Origin: Verrucomicrobiota bacterium
Lineage (GTDB): Bacteria > Verrucomicrobiota > Verrucomicrobiia > Limisphaerales > JANNEF01
Assembly (NCBI GenBank): GCA_031378375.1
Contig: JANNEF010000105.1
Coordinates: 693 to 64,692 of the forward strand
Reading direction: 5' to 3'
DNA: 64,000 bases
Positions within the stretch are counted from its first letter, which is position 1; every line of letters starts with the position of its first letter. Below are positions 54,234 to 62,419 of this stretch, piece after piece. Position numbers and translations under genes: made by a program. The notes under the pieces are model-generated. The model did not search any database. It saw nothing but the letters and a program-made list of their open reading frames with translations, and had not been told where the DNA came from.

Positions 54234-56017
54234 TGGAAACCAACTTGATTCCCTACCTGCCCGACACGGCGCCGTTCACGCCGGAGCAACGAGCCTATTT
54301 GAACGGGCTGTTCGCCGGCCTGTTCGCCCACGCGCCGCGCGCCACCAACCCGGCGCCTGCCGCCAAGCCACTGCTACCGCTGACCATTCTGTTTGGCTCG
54401 CAGACCGGCAATGCGGAGGCGCTCGCCAAGCGCGTCGCCAAGGAAGCCGGCAAGCAGGGCTTCGCGCCGACGATCTTTGACGCGGCGCAATATCCGCGCG
54501 AGCAACTCAAGACCGAGAAGCATCTGCTGCTCATCACCAGCACCTACGGTGACGGCGAACCGCCGGACAACGCAAAGGACCTGTGGGAATTTCTCACCGC
54601 CACCACCGCACCCGCGCTGCCGGAGTTGAAGTTCTCCGTGCTGGCCCTGGGCGACACGAACTACGAAAAGTTCTGCGAGTGCGGGAAAAACTTCGACCGC
54701 CGCTTCCATGAGCTGGGCGCACACCGGGCGCATCCGCGCGTGGATTGCGACGTGGACTTTGAGGAGCCATTCGGGAACTGGCTGGCCGGCGCGTTGGGCG
54801 CGCTGGCAGGCGGTGGGGGAGTAATCAGTGAATCAGTAATCAGTAGGTCAGTGACCAGTGCGCCCGTCTCTGCCACTGATTCACTGGTTACTGGTTACTC
54901 GCGCGCCCACCCGTTCCCCGCCCCGCTCGTCGCCAACCGCCGGCTCAACGCTCCCGGCTCGGGCAAGGACACGCGGCATTTTGAAATCGCACTCGACGGC
55001 AGCGGCTTGACCTATGAAGTCGGCGACGCGCTGGGGGTGGTGCCGGCGAATTGCCCGGAACTCGCGGACGAGATGCTTCGCACGCTCGGCTGCACCGGCG
55101 GGGAAGCGGTGCCCGGCGCGAAGGGTGGCGAAGTCCCGCTGCGCGAGGCGCTGTTGCGGCATTACGACATCACGAAGATTGCCCAGCCGCTCTTGCAGGC
55201 AATGGCAGAGCGGAGCGGGGACGAGTTGCTCAAGCAACTCACCGCGCCCGGTGTGAACGGCGAGTTGACGAAATTTCTCTGGGGCCGCGAGATTGTTGAC
55301 CTGTTGCTGGCGCACCCGCGCGCGAAGTTCGCACCGATGGAATTTGTCGGCCTGCTCAAGAAACTTCAGCCGCGGCTCTACTCCATTTCCTCCAGCCCCA
55401 AGGCACATCCCGGCCAGGTGCATCTCACTGTCGGGGTCGTGCGCTACGAATCGCTGGGCCGGGCGCGCAAAGGCGTGTGCTCCACGTTCCTGGCGGAGCG
55501 CGCGGGCGGCGGCGCGGCGGCGCCGGTCTTCGTCCACACGAACAAAGGCTTTCGCCCGCCCGCCGATGGCAGCCGTCCGATGATCATGGTCGGGCCGGGC
55601 ACGGGCATCGCGCCGTTCCGCGCTTTTCTGGAAGAGCGTCGCGCCGTCGGCGCGACGGGAAAGAACTGGCTGTTCTTCGGCGACCAACGGTCGGAGATGG
55701 ATTTCCTCTACCGCGAAGAGCTGGAGGCGATGCATCGCGACGGCACGCTGGCGCGGCTGGACACGGCTTTCTCCCGCGATCAGGAAGAAAAGATTTACGT
55801 GCAACAGCGAATGCTCGAACACGCCACCGAACTGTTCACCTGGCTGGAGGCCGGCGCGCATTTCTACGTCTGCGGCGACGCCAACCGCATGGCGAAGGAC
55901 GTGGACCGGGCGCTGCACCAGATCATCGAGCAAGCCGGCGGACGCACGGCAGAGCCGGCGGCGGAGTACGTGAAGAAGATGCAGGCGGAGAAGCGGTATC
56001 AGCGGGATGTGTATTGA
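54230..56017 (+). CDS. Diflavin reductase, sulfite reductase flavoprotein CysJ-like (flavodoxin + FAD/NADPH domains)
   Basis: 595 aa with an FMN domain ([32 protein letters not shown]) and an FAD/NADPH domain ([42 protein letters not shown]). Start is GTG 54230 or ATG 54233; both overlap the nirA stop. Confidence 0.88.
   Translation: MMETNLIPYLPDTAPFTPEQRAYLNGLFAGLFAHAPRATNPAPAAKPLLPLTILFGSQTGNAEALAKRVAKEAGKQGFAPTIFDAAQYPREQLKTEKHLLLITSTYGDGEPPDNAKDLWEFLTATTAPALPELKFSVLALGDTNYEKFCECGKNFDRRFHELGAHRAHPRVDCDVDFEEPFGNWLAGALGALAGGGGVISESVISRSVTSAPVSATDSLVTGYSRAHPFPAPLVANRRLNAPGSGKDTRHFEIALDGSGLTYEVGDALGVVPANCPELADEMLRTLGCTGGEAVPGAKGGEVPLREALLRHYDITKIAQPLLQAMAERSGDELLKQLTAPGVNGELTKFLWGREIVDLLLAHPRAKFAPMEFVGLLKKLQPRLYSISSSPKAHPGQVHLTVGVVRYESLGRARKGVCSTFLAERAGGGAAAPVFVHTNKGFRPPADGSRPMIMVGPGTGIAPFRAFLEERRAVGATGKNWLFFGDQRSEMDFLYREELEAMHRDGTLARLDTAFSRDQEEKIYVQQRMLEHATELFTWLEAGAHFYVCGDANRMAKDVDRALHQIIEQAGGRTAEPAAEYVKKMQAEKRYQRDVY
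54821..54900. repeat. CAGT-word palindromic element (in-frame copy inside the cysJ-like gene)
   Basis: The left arm is GTAATCAGTGAATCAGTAATCAGTAGGTCAGTGACCAGTG, followed by a 13-nt spacer. The right arm is CACTGATTCACTGGTTACTGGTTACTC. It is translated as [27 protein letters not shown]. Confidence 0.85.
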
Positions 56018-56063
56018 AGCGTGAAACGGAAAACAAGCGCGACGACAATCACGCTTTCACGTT

Positions 56064-56990
56064 TCACGTCTCCATGCCCGGCAAATCCCGCCGGTCCATC
56101 CGCATCCCCGCCGCCACGTTGCGGCACAGCCGGCAGAAGGTTTCCTCCACCAGACTCAGCCGGCGGCCCGCGAGCGAGGCGATCACCCACTGACGGCGCA
56201 ACGGTTTCGGGCCGAGCGGGCGCATCCGCAGCGTGCCGCGCGCGAGTTCCTTGTCGGCGGTCCACGGCGCGAGCACGGAGACGCCAAGGTTGAGCTTCAC
56301 CAGTTCCTTGATCGCCTCGATGCTGGCGATCTCCATCACGGTGCTGGGCACCAGATCGAGGCCGCGGAAGTATTCGTCCACCAGTTGCGCCGTCAGGCTG
56401 GCGCGCTGGTAAAGGATGAGCGGCTGCGTGCGCAAATCATCGCGCGCAATGATCTCGCCGGCGGCCCACGGATGCGACGGCGCACAGACGAAGAGCAGCT
56501 CATCCTTGCACACGGGACGGACCTCCAGATCCGGCAGTCGTTCGGGCGCGACCCCCAGCGCGAGATCGATCCGGTTCTGCTGAATCAACTCCACCATCTC
56601 CGGCATGTCGCCCGATTCGACCTGCAGGGAGAAATTCGCGGACGACTTCTTCAACTCGCGGATGACGGCCGGCAAAATGTACTGGCAGGCGGAAGCCGCC
56701 GCGCCGATGCGCAGGCGCGTCTGGCCCCATTTGCCGAGGCGCTTGAGCGATTCCTCGGCGGCGGCGAGCGCCTGCATGGGTTGTTGGATTTGAGCCAGGA
56801 GCTGTTCGCCCGCCTGGTTAAGCAACATTTTTTTGCCCGCGCGGTCGAACAAGCGACAGCCGAGCTGCGTCTCGAGCGTCTTCAACCCGTGGCTGATGGC
56901 CGACGGCGTGAGATGCAGTTGGGCGGACGCCGTCACGAGGCTGCCGTGGCGGGCGACGGCGGAAAACATTCTGAGCTGGCGCGTGTCCAC
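56064..56990 (-). CDS. LysR-family transcriptional regulator
   Basis: 308 aa. It has an N-terminal wHTH (MFSAVARHGSLVTASAQLHLTPSAISHGLKTLE) and a LysR substrate-binding domain. It is convergent with the nitrate operon. Confidence 0.9.
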   Translation of the reverse strand: MDTRQLRMFSAVARHGSLVTASAQLHLTPSAISHGLKTLETQLGCRLFDRAGKKMLLNQAGEQLLAQIQQPMQALAAAEESLKRLGKWGQTRLRIGAAASACQYILPAVIRELKKSSANFSLQVESGDMPEMVELIQQNRIDLALGVAPERLPDLEVRPVCKDELLFVCAPSHPWAAGEIIARDDLRTQPLILYQRASLTAQLVDEYFRGLDLVPSTVMEIASIEAIKELVKLNLGVSVLAPWTADKELARGTLRMRPLGPKPLRRQWVIASLAGRRLSLVEETFCRLCRNVAAGMRMDRRDLPGMET

Positions 56991-57315
56991 TTATCGCTCC
57001 AGCAAGCAGGAGACCCGCGCGCGGCGACCCGGTTTTTCGGCAAACAAAATCATGCAGCGGCGGCAGCTTAAGGAGGAGAAGCTCAAAGCTCAAGCGAAGG
57101 TCAAAACTTCAAACAAAGCGGGCGGGGTGTATCCGGGATCTCCTCGCCGTTGCTTCGCGGGCGGGGACGTTGGGAACCCGCCCCAACCCAGTTGCTGGAA
57201 AAGCCCCAAGCACATTGCAGGATCCCGGGACTGGTTCCGAGCCGGTGGGCCGCACCTTCAGGTGCTCCGCTGGAAGGCAGCGCACTCCGGGGTATCACGA
57301 CTACGCCGCCGACGG

Positions 57316-58791
57316 TCAGTGGATGTCGCGGCCGAACGGGGGAATCTCCTTGTGCCAGCCGGTGCTTTGCTCGTAGGCGTGTGCAACTTTCAGCAGCGTT
57401 GCTTCGCCAAAGGGTTTGCCCAGCACTTGCAGGCCAATCGGCAACTTTGGGCTTTGCGAGAAACCGCACGGCAGGCTCACGCCGCAGATGCCCGCCAGGT
57501 TGCACGAGATGGTGAAGATGTCCGAGAGATACATCCGCATCGGATCGTCGGACTTCTCGCCAACCTTGAACGCGGGCGTGGGCGTCGTCGGCGTCACTAT
57601 GGCATCCACCCGCTCGAACGCCCTGAGAAAATCCTGGCGGATGAGCGTGCGGACTTTTTGCGCGCGCAGGTAGTAGGCGTCGTAGTAACCGCTGCTCAGA
57701 ACGTAGGTGCCGAGGATGATGCGCCGCTTGACCTCCGCGCCGAAGCCCGCCCCGCGCGTCCGGCTGTATAGTTCCGTGGGGTCCGCGCCGTCCACCCGCG
57801 CGCCGTAGCGGATGCCGTCAAAGCGGGCGAGGTTCGCACTCGCCTCGGCGGTGGCGATGATGTAGTAGGTCGCCACCGCGTAATCGGTGTGCGGGAGGGA
57901 GATTTCCACAAGTTCCGCGCCGAGTTGCTCCAACTGCTTCACGGCCGCTTGCACAGCAGCGGTCACTTCCGGGTCGAGGCCGCCGATGAAATATTCCTTC
58001 GGCAGGCCGAGTTTCAGCCCTTTGATGTCGCCCGTGAGCGCGGCGGTGTAGTCGGGCACGGGCTCCGGCACGCTGGTCGAATCGCGTTCGTCGCGACCGC
58101 TGATGACGCCGAGCATCGTTGCCGCGTCACGCACGTCCTTGGTGAAGGGGCCGATCTGGTCGAGCGACGACGCGAAGGCCACGAGGCCGTAGCGAGAGAC
58201 GCGGCCGTAGGTGGGCTTCAAACCCACGCACCCGCACAACGCGGCCGGTTGGCGGATGGACCCGCCGGTGTCGGAGCCAAGCGTGGCGAACGCCTCGTCC
58301 GCCGCCACCGCCGCCGCCGAACCGCCGGAGGAACCGCCGGGGATGCGCGTGCTGTCCCAGGGATTGCGCGTGGTGACGAACGCCGAGTTCTCCGTCGAGC
58401 TGCCCATCGCAAACTCATCCATGTTCAGCCGGCCGAAGACAATCGCCCCGGCGGCCCTGAGCTTCTCAACCACGGTGGCGTCGTAGGGGGAAACGTATTT
58501 GCCGAGAATTTTCGACCCGCAGTTGAGCGGCTGGTTTTTGACGGCGATGACGTCCTTGAGCGCGACGGGCACTCCAAGCAGCGGCTTGGCAGAGGCCGCG
58601 CCGACGGCGATCTGTTTGTCCGCCGCGTCGGCCTGCGTCAGCGCGTCGGCAGCGTCAAGGCTGAGGAAGGCGTGGAGCTGGCCGTCCACGCGGGCGATCT
58701 GGTCGAGACAGGCCTGGGTGGCGTCGCGGGCGGAAACTTCGCGTTTGGCGAGCTTGACGCGGAGTTGCGAGAGGGTCAGTTGGTGCAGCAT
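57316..58791 (-). CDS. gatA: Glu-tRNA(Gln)/Asp-tRNA(Asn) amidotransferase subunit A
   Basis: Amidase signature [13 protein letters not shown] and [13 protein letters not shown]. The start is set to the ATG at 58791 ([11 protein letters not shown]). The track start at 58833 is a TTG overlapping gatC and cannot be excluded. Confidence 0.92.
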   Translation of the reverse strand: MLHQLTLSQLRVKLAKREVSARDATQACLDQIARVDGQLHAFLSLDAADALTQADAADKQIAVGAASAKPLLGVPVALKDVIAVKNQPLNCGSKILGKYVSPYDATVVEKLRAAGAIVFGRLNMDEFAMGSSTENSAFVTTRNPWDSTRIPGGSSGGSAAAVAADEAFATLGSDTGGSIRQPAALCGCVGLKPTYGRVSRYGLVAFASSLDQIGPFTKDVRDAATMLGVISGRDERDSTSVPEPVPDYTAALTGDIKGLKLGLPKEYFIGGLDPEVTAAVQAAVKQLEQLGAELVEISLPHTDYAVATYYIIATAEASANLARFDGIRYGARVDGADPTELYSRTRGAGFGAEVKRRIILGTYVLSSGYYDAYYLRAQKVRTLIRQDFLRAFERVDAIVTPTTPTPAFKVGEKSDDPMRMYLSDIFTISCNLAGICGVSLPCGFSQSPKLPIGLQVLGKPFGEATLLKVAHAYEQSTGWHKEIPPFGRDIH

Positions 58792-58825
58792 CGGGGTACA
58801 GGGTGCGAAAAGCGCGAAGTGTGAC

Positions 58826-59122
58826 TCACTCAATGATCTTCGGCACGAGAAACAAGCCGTTGGCTTTGGCGGGAGCGTTGCGCAGCGCGTCGTCGTTCGA
58901 GAGTGAAGGGCGGATTTCGTCGGGCCGCGTCACGTTGACGAGCGGGATGGCGTGCGCGGTCGGCTCGACCTGGCTGACATCCAGTTCGTTGAGTTTGGCG
59001 ATGTAGTCGAGCGTCTGGTTGAGTTGCGCGGCGAACTTCTGGACTTCCTCGTCACTGAGTTGCAGCCGCGCCAGGTGGGCGACTTCCCGGACTCGTTTGA
59101 CATCGGCGGCGGTGGCGGACAT
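58826..59122 (-). CDS. gatC: Glu-tRNA(Gln)/Asp-tRNA(Asn) amidotransferase subunit C
   Basis: 98 aa. [35 protein letters not shown] is a typical GatC segment. Confidence 0.9.
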   Translation of the reverse strand: MSATAADVKRVREVAHLARLQLSDEEVQKFAAQLNQTLDYIAKLNELDVSQVEPTAHAIPLVNVTRPDEIRPSLSNDDALRNAPAKANGLFLVPKIIE

Positions 59123-59146
59123 GCGGCAAGATTAGGAGGCGGGGGA

Positions 59147-59181
59147 CAAAGTTCAAAGTTCAAAGTTCAAAGTTCAAAGGG
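59147..59181. repeat. Heptamer tandem array (CAAAGTT)x5 upstream of gatC
   Basis: CAAAGTT x4 followed by CAAAGGG, located 25-59 nt upstream of the gatC start (59122, minus strand). Confidence 0.9.
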
Positions 59182-59325
59182 CCGAGGCTGGATCCAAGGC
59201 CGCGCCGATGGATCTCGGCGATTTGCTTGAGCGTTGCGCTTACCTCGGCCGCCCGGCAGTCGAAGGGCAGTATTATGTGGGCAGCGTACCCCGGGCAATT
59301 CGTTACTCGCCAACCGCAGCGGCAA

Positions 59326-62133
59326 TCACGGCAGGGCCAGCCGGTAGAACACGCTGCCGTTGGCCGGGTCAATGGACATGACGACACGATTGGTCGTCAC
59401 CGAACCCGGCACGGTGACCCAGTTCATACCAAGACCAACACCCGGGCTGTTGGTCTGCGCTTCCAAGCGCCCACCCATCGCAGGCCAGGAAATGTCCAGC
59501 AGGCTGCCCGTCCGCTGGAGCGTCAGACGCACCGGGGCGAACTTGTAAACGATCCCGCCGGTCCCATTGGCCGAGGTGTTGGTCACCAGCGCGTAAAGCT
59601 CGCCATCCGCATCCTCGCCGAAGCCATGCACGGTCAGACCGTTCGGCAAAATGGCCGAGCCGCCAAACTGCGGCAACGGGAACGCCTTGATCAGACCGGT
59701 CTGAAGATCCGCATAGAAGAGACGGCCATCCGCCCGGACGGGGGCTGTTCTCAGGGCCAGGTCGCCGAAGATATATTTCCCGACCAGCTCCGGGATCGCG
59801 GTGCCGCGATAAACGAAACCGCCGGTGATGGAGATGCCGTCGTTGTGATCGTATTCCAGTGTGCCCAACGTGCCGGTTATCGGGTCGATCAGGCCCGCCG
59901 GCAATCCCGGGCTGCGATTTCCCGGGGGGATCCCGATGGAGCCAGTGTTCCCGGTTGGTCCATTCGTACGGTTGAACAGGAAATCCCCTTCTTTGATTGC
60001 CCAGCCGTAGTTGCCACCCAGCGTGATGCGGTCAATCTCTTCGACATTGCCCTGGCCGACGTCGGCTAGAATCAATTCGCCGTTGGCGCGGTCGAAGGCA
60101 AAGCGATACGGGTTGCGCAGCCCGTAGGCGTAGATCTCGGGCACCTGACCCGGCCCCTGGAACGGATTGGTCGTCGGAATGCGGTACTGGCCGTTGGCGC
60201 TGATTGGATCGGAGCTGGCCGACGTCAGGGTTGGATGGAGCGGGTCGAATCGCAACATTTTGCCGAACGGAGTGCTCAGGTTCTGCGCGTTGCCGCCCGG
60301 CTCGATATGGCTGGTTCCGACATCGTTCGCGTCGCCGCCATCGCCCAAAGCGAGATACAGGTAGCCGTCCGGTCCGAAGGCGATCGTGCCGCCGTTATGA
60401 TTGTTGGCGTTCTTGCCAAAGGAGATGATCTCCCGGCGCGAGGAGACATCAACGACATTGGCGTTCGTGAGCGCAATTTTCCACTCGTTGACGACGTTCT
60501 TGAAGTTATTCGTGGCGGTGGCTGGCGCCGGGTAAGTGGTCATCGTCGCCGCTGGTATCAACTCGCTGTTGAAAGTGTAGAGCGTTTGAAAACCAGGGCT
60601 GGCCAGGTTGTTGAAGCCGGGATGAAAGGCCAGTCCGAGGAGGCCGCGCTCGTCATTGGCGGTGGCCGGGTTCAGCGGCGGTGCCACGCGGCTCTGGATG
60701 TCCAGAGCCGACCCGGGCAGCAAGATGCCGTTCTGGATGATGCGTAACAACCCGTTCTGCTCCACCACAAATAGCCGGGTGGTGTCCCCCGGCGGGCTGA
60801 TGGCGTAGAGGGGCGCGGCCATGCCGGTGGCAACCGGCTGCAGGAGGATGGCGATGTCCCCGTTCATAATCGCGGGCAGGTACCTGGCCATCGTCACGCT
60901 TACGGGAGCCGAGGTCATCGTGACGCCGAGGTTGTCCGAAGCCACCGCAGTCAGCGTATGCAACCCTACCGCAAGCCTGACCGTGAGGCTGAACGGACTG
61001 GTGGCATCGTTGCCCAGCGAAACGATCCCGTCAAAGAACTGGACGTTCGTCACGCTGCCATCCGGATCACTGGCGGAAGCCCGGATGGTCAAGTTGGCGG
61101 AACTGCTCAAGACGGCGGCGGCAGGCGGGTTGGTGATGGTGACGCTGGGCGGCATGTTCGGGACGCTGACCGTCACATTCACGACGGTGGACGTGGTGGC
61201 GAGACCGAGGTTGTCCGTGGCCACTGCGGTGAGGGTGTGACCACCAATGGCGAGGCTCGCCGTGATCGTGTAGGGAGGGTTGTTCGTGCCGCCAAGGAAC
61301 GCGCCAGCGTCGAAGAATGACACATTGGTGACGCTGCCGTCAGAGTCGGCGGCGGTGGCGGTAATGGAGACATTGGCTGGCGCAGTGAAGGAGGCGCCGT
61401 TGGTGGGGGAAGCGATGGAGACTGTGGGCGGCATGTTCGGCGGGATGCCCGGCGTGTAGTTGACCTGAAGCACCCCGGCACTCGCGCCGTTCTCGAGCGC
61501 CGCAAAGCCGCGCACGGTGCGCAGCGTCGCTTCATCCTGGGAAACCAGGAGCCAGCCAAAATTCTGCGACGGATCGTCCACCCACGACTGCACGTCGCCG
61601 GTTAACGCGGGGCCGCTCCACGAATACGTCGCGTTGAACGCGGACCCGACGAACGTCGAGGCGCTGGCCGTCGCGGCGGCGTCGCTGGCAGCGCCGGGGG
61701 TGGTCCAATCCTCAAAGCCGTACATCCGGGAGTTCCAGGTGGCTTCGTCCACCGACGCCAACTCGCCACCCACGCCGACTTTGGTTCCTTCGTTCCAATC
61801 CGCCAGCAACCGGAAAAGATCGAACGTGGAATCCACCCCGGCGCCACCACCACCGGGGACTTTGATCACCGTCAATCGAACCACCACCGAGGTGACGGTC
61901 GATCCGGACGGAATGCCGCTTGCATCGAAGCGCAGCAGCCCGCGCCGCACCGCCCCGTGGCCGTCCGTGCCCGCGTCAATCCAACTGTGCCCCCCGGCAT
62001 TGTTGTCGGGAGCGCCGCCGTGCAGGAACGTGTCCGCCGCCACCGCGAGGTTGATGACGTCGGCGTGGGCGTGAAACGGGGCCAAGGCCGGGCTCAGACA
62101 GACGCCGAGCCAAACTGACAGGAATTTGAACAT
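59326..62133 (-). CDS. Secreted multidomain protein: DNRLRE-like domain - 3 Ig-like repeats - PQQ-type sugar dehydrogenase (SGDH) beta-propeller - C-terminal beta domain
   Basis: Track ORF trimmed to the ATG at 62133 (MFKFLSVWLGVCLSPALAPFHAHA signal peptide). It has three ~85-aa repeats (PPNMPPTVSIASPTNGASFTAPANVSITATAADSDGSVTNVSFF...). The propeller motifs are ERGLLGLAFHP, NHNGGTIAFGPDGYLYLALGDGG and YAYGLRNPYRFAFD. Confidence 0.8.
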   Translation of the reverse strand: MFKFLSVWLGVCLSPALAPFHAHADVINLAVAADTFLHGGAPDNNAGGHSWIDAGTDGHGAVRRGLLRFDASGIPSGSTVTSVVVRLTVIKVPGGGGAGVDSTFDLFRLLADWNEGTKVGVGGELASVDEATWNSRMYGFEDWTTPGAASDAAATASASTFVGSAFNATYSWSGPALTGDVQSWVDDPSQNFGWLLVSQDEATLRTVRGFAALENGASAGVLQVNYTPGIPPNMPPTVSIASPTNGASFTAPANVSITATAADSDGSVTNVSFFDAGAFLGGTNNPPYTITASLAIGGHTLTAVATDNLGLATTSTVVNVTVSVPNMPPSVTITNPPAAAVLSSSANLTIRASASDPDGSVTNVQFFDGIVSLGNDATSPFSLTVRLAVGLHTLTAVASDNLGVTMTSAPVSVTMARYLPAIMNGDIAILLQPVATGMAAPLYAISPPGDTTRLFVVEQNGLLRIIQNGILLPGSALDIQSRVAPPLNPATANDERGLLGLAFHPGFNNLASPGFQTLYTFNSELIPAATMTTYPAPATATNNFKNVVNEWKIALTNANVVDVSSRREIISFGKNANNHNGGTIAFGPDGYLYLALGDGGDANDVGTSHIEPGGNAQNLSTPFGKMLRFDPLHPTLTSASSDPISANGQYRIPTTNPFQGPGQVPEIYAYGLRNPYRFAFDRANGELILADVGQGNVEEIDRITLGGNYGWAIKEGDFLFNRTNGPTGNTGSIGIPPGNRSPGLPAGLIDPITGTLGTLEYDHNDGISITGGFVYRGTAIPELVGKYIFGDLALRTAPVRADGRLFYADLQTGLIKAFPLPQFGGSAILPNGLTVHGFGEDADGELYALVTNTSANGTGGIVYKFAPVRLTLQRTGSLLDISWPAMGGRLEAQTNSPGVGLGMNWVTVPGSVTTNRVVMSIDPANGSVFYRLALP

Positions 62134-62392
62134 GTTTGTAAGGTGGAGTTTTTTTCTCAAACTTTCAACCGGGAAGAAAGTCCCGGTACCTTCGCCCTGC
62201 ACGCACGCACGCGCTCGCCGCGTTAACACCAACTGAGCCGCCCGGCCATTCCGCCACCCGACAGCAAGCCGCCTGCGTCTGCCGTGCCGACACGACCCCA
62301 AGGCTGTGCGTTGTGCAAGATTCACGACTATGAGACGCACCGGGGACGGGTCAGGTTCCCGGCGCCAGGTTGAAACGCAAATGGCTACCGGC

Positions 62393-62416
62393 GAAATCCG
62401 AATGCCGAAAATCCGA
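62393..62416. repeat. Partial AATCCGA-word array next to the pheS stop
   Basis: GAAATCCGAATGCCGAAAATCCGA: two to three copies of the same word as in 48915-49030, with no obvious inverted partner. Confidence 0.5.
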
Positions 62417-62419
62417 CGT

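Noticed and set aside
56018-56070. Inverted repeat AGCGTGA ... TCACGCT plus a TTTCACG TTTCACG doublet between the convergent cysJ-like and LysR genes, considered as a terminator
   Set aside because: The stem is only 7 bp with a 24-nt loop and no U-run. The right arm overlaps the LysR stop codon. It may be another small heptamer-word element, but the evidence is thin.
57240-57290. SRP (4.5S) RNA-like GGAAG hairpin in the gatA-lysR spacer
   Set aside because: Only a superficial resemblance (CUGGAAGGCAGC versus CCGGAAGGAAGCAGCC). The conserved symmetric and asymmetric loops and the flanking helix 5 pairing are not evident. Needs Infernal to decide.
62134-62419. ACCGGGA-CTTTCT-TCCCGGT hairpin (about 62168-62187) and (GCGT)x3 run in the pheS / secreted-protein spacer, considered as a pheS terminator
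   Set aside because: On the transcribed (minus) strand the hairpin is followed by an A-rich tract, not a U-rich one, and it lies ~230 nt from the pheS stop. It does not fit an intrinsic terminator.
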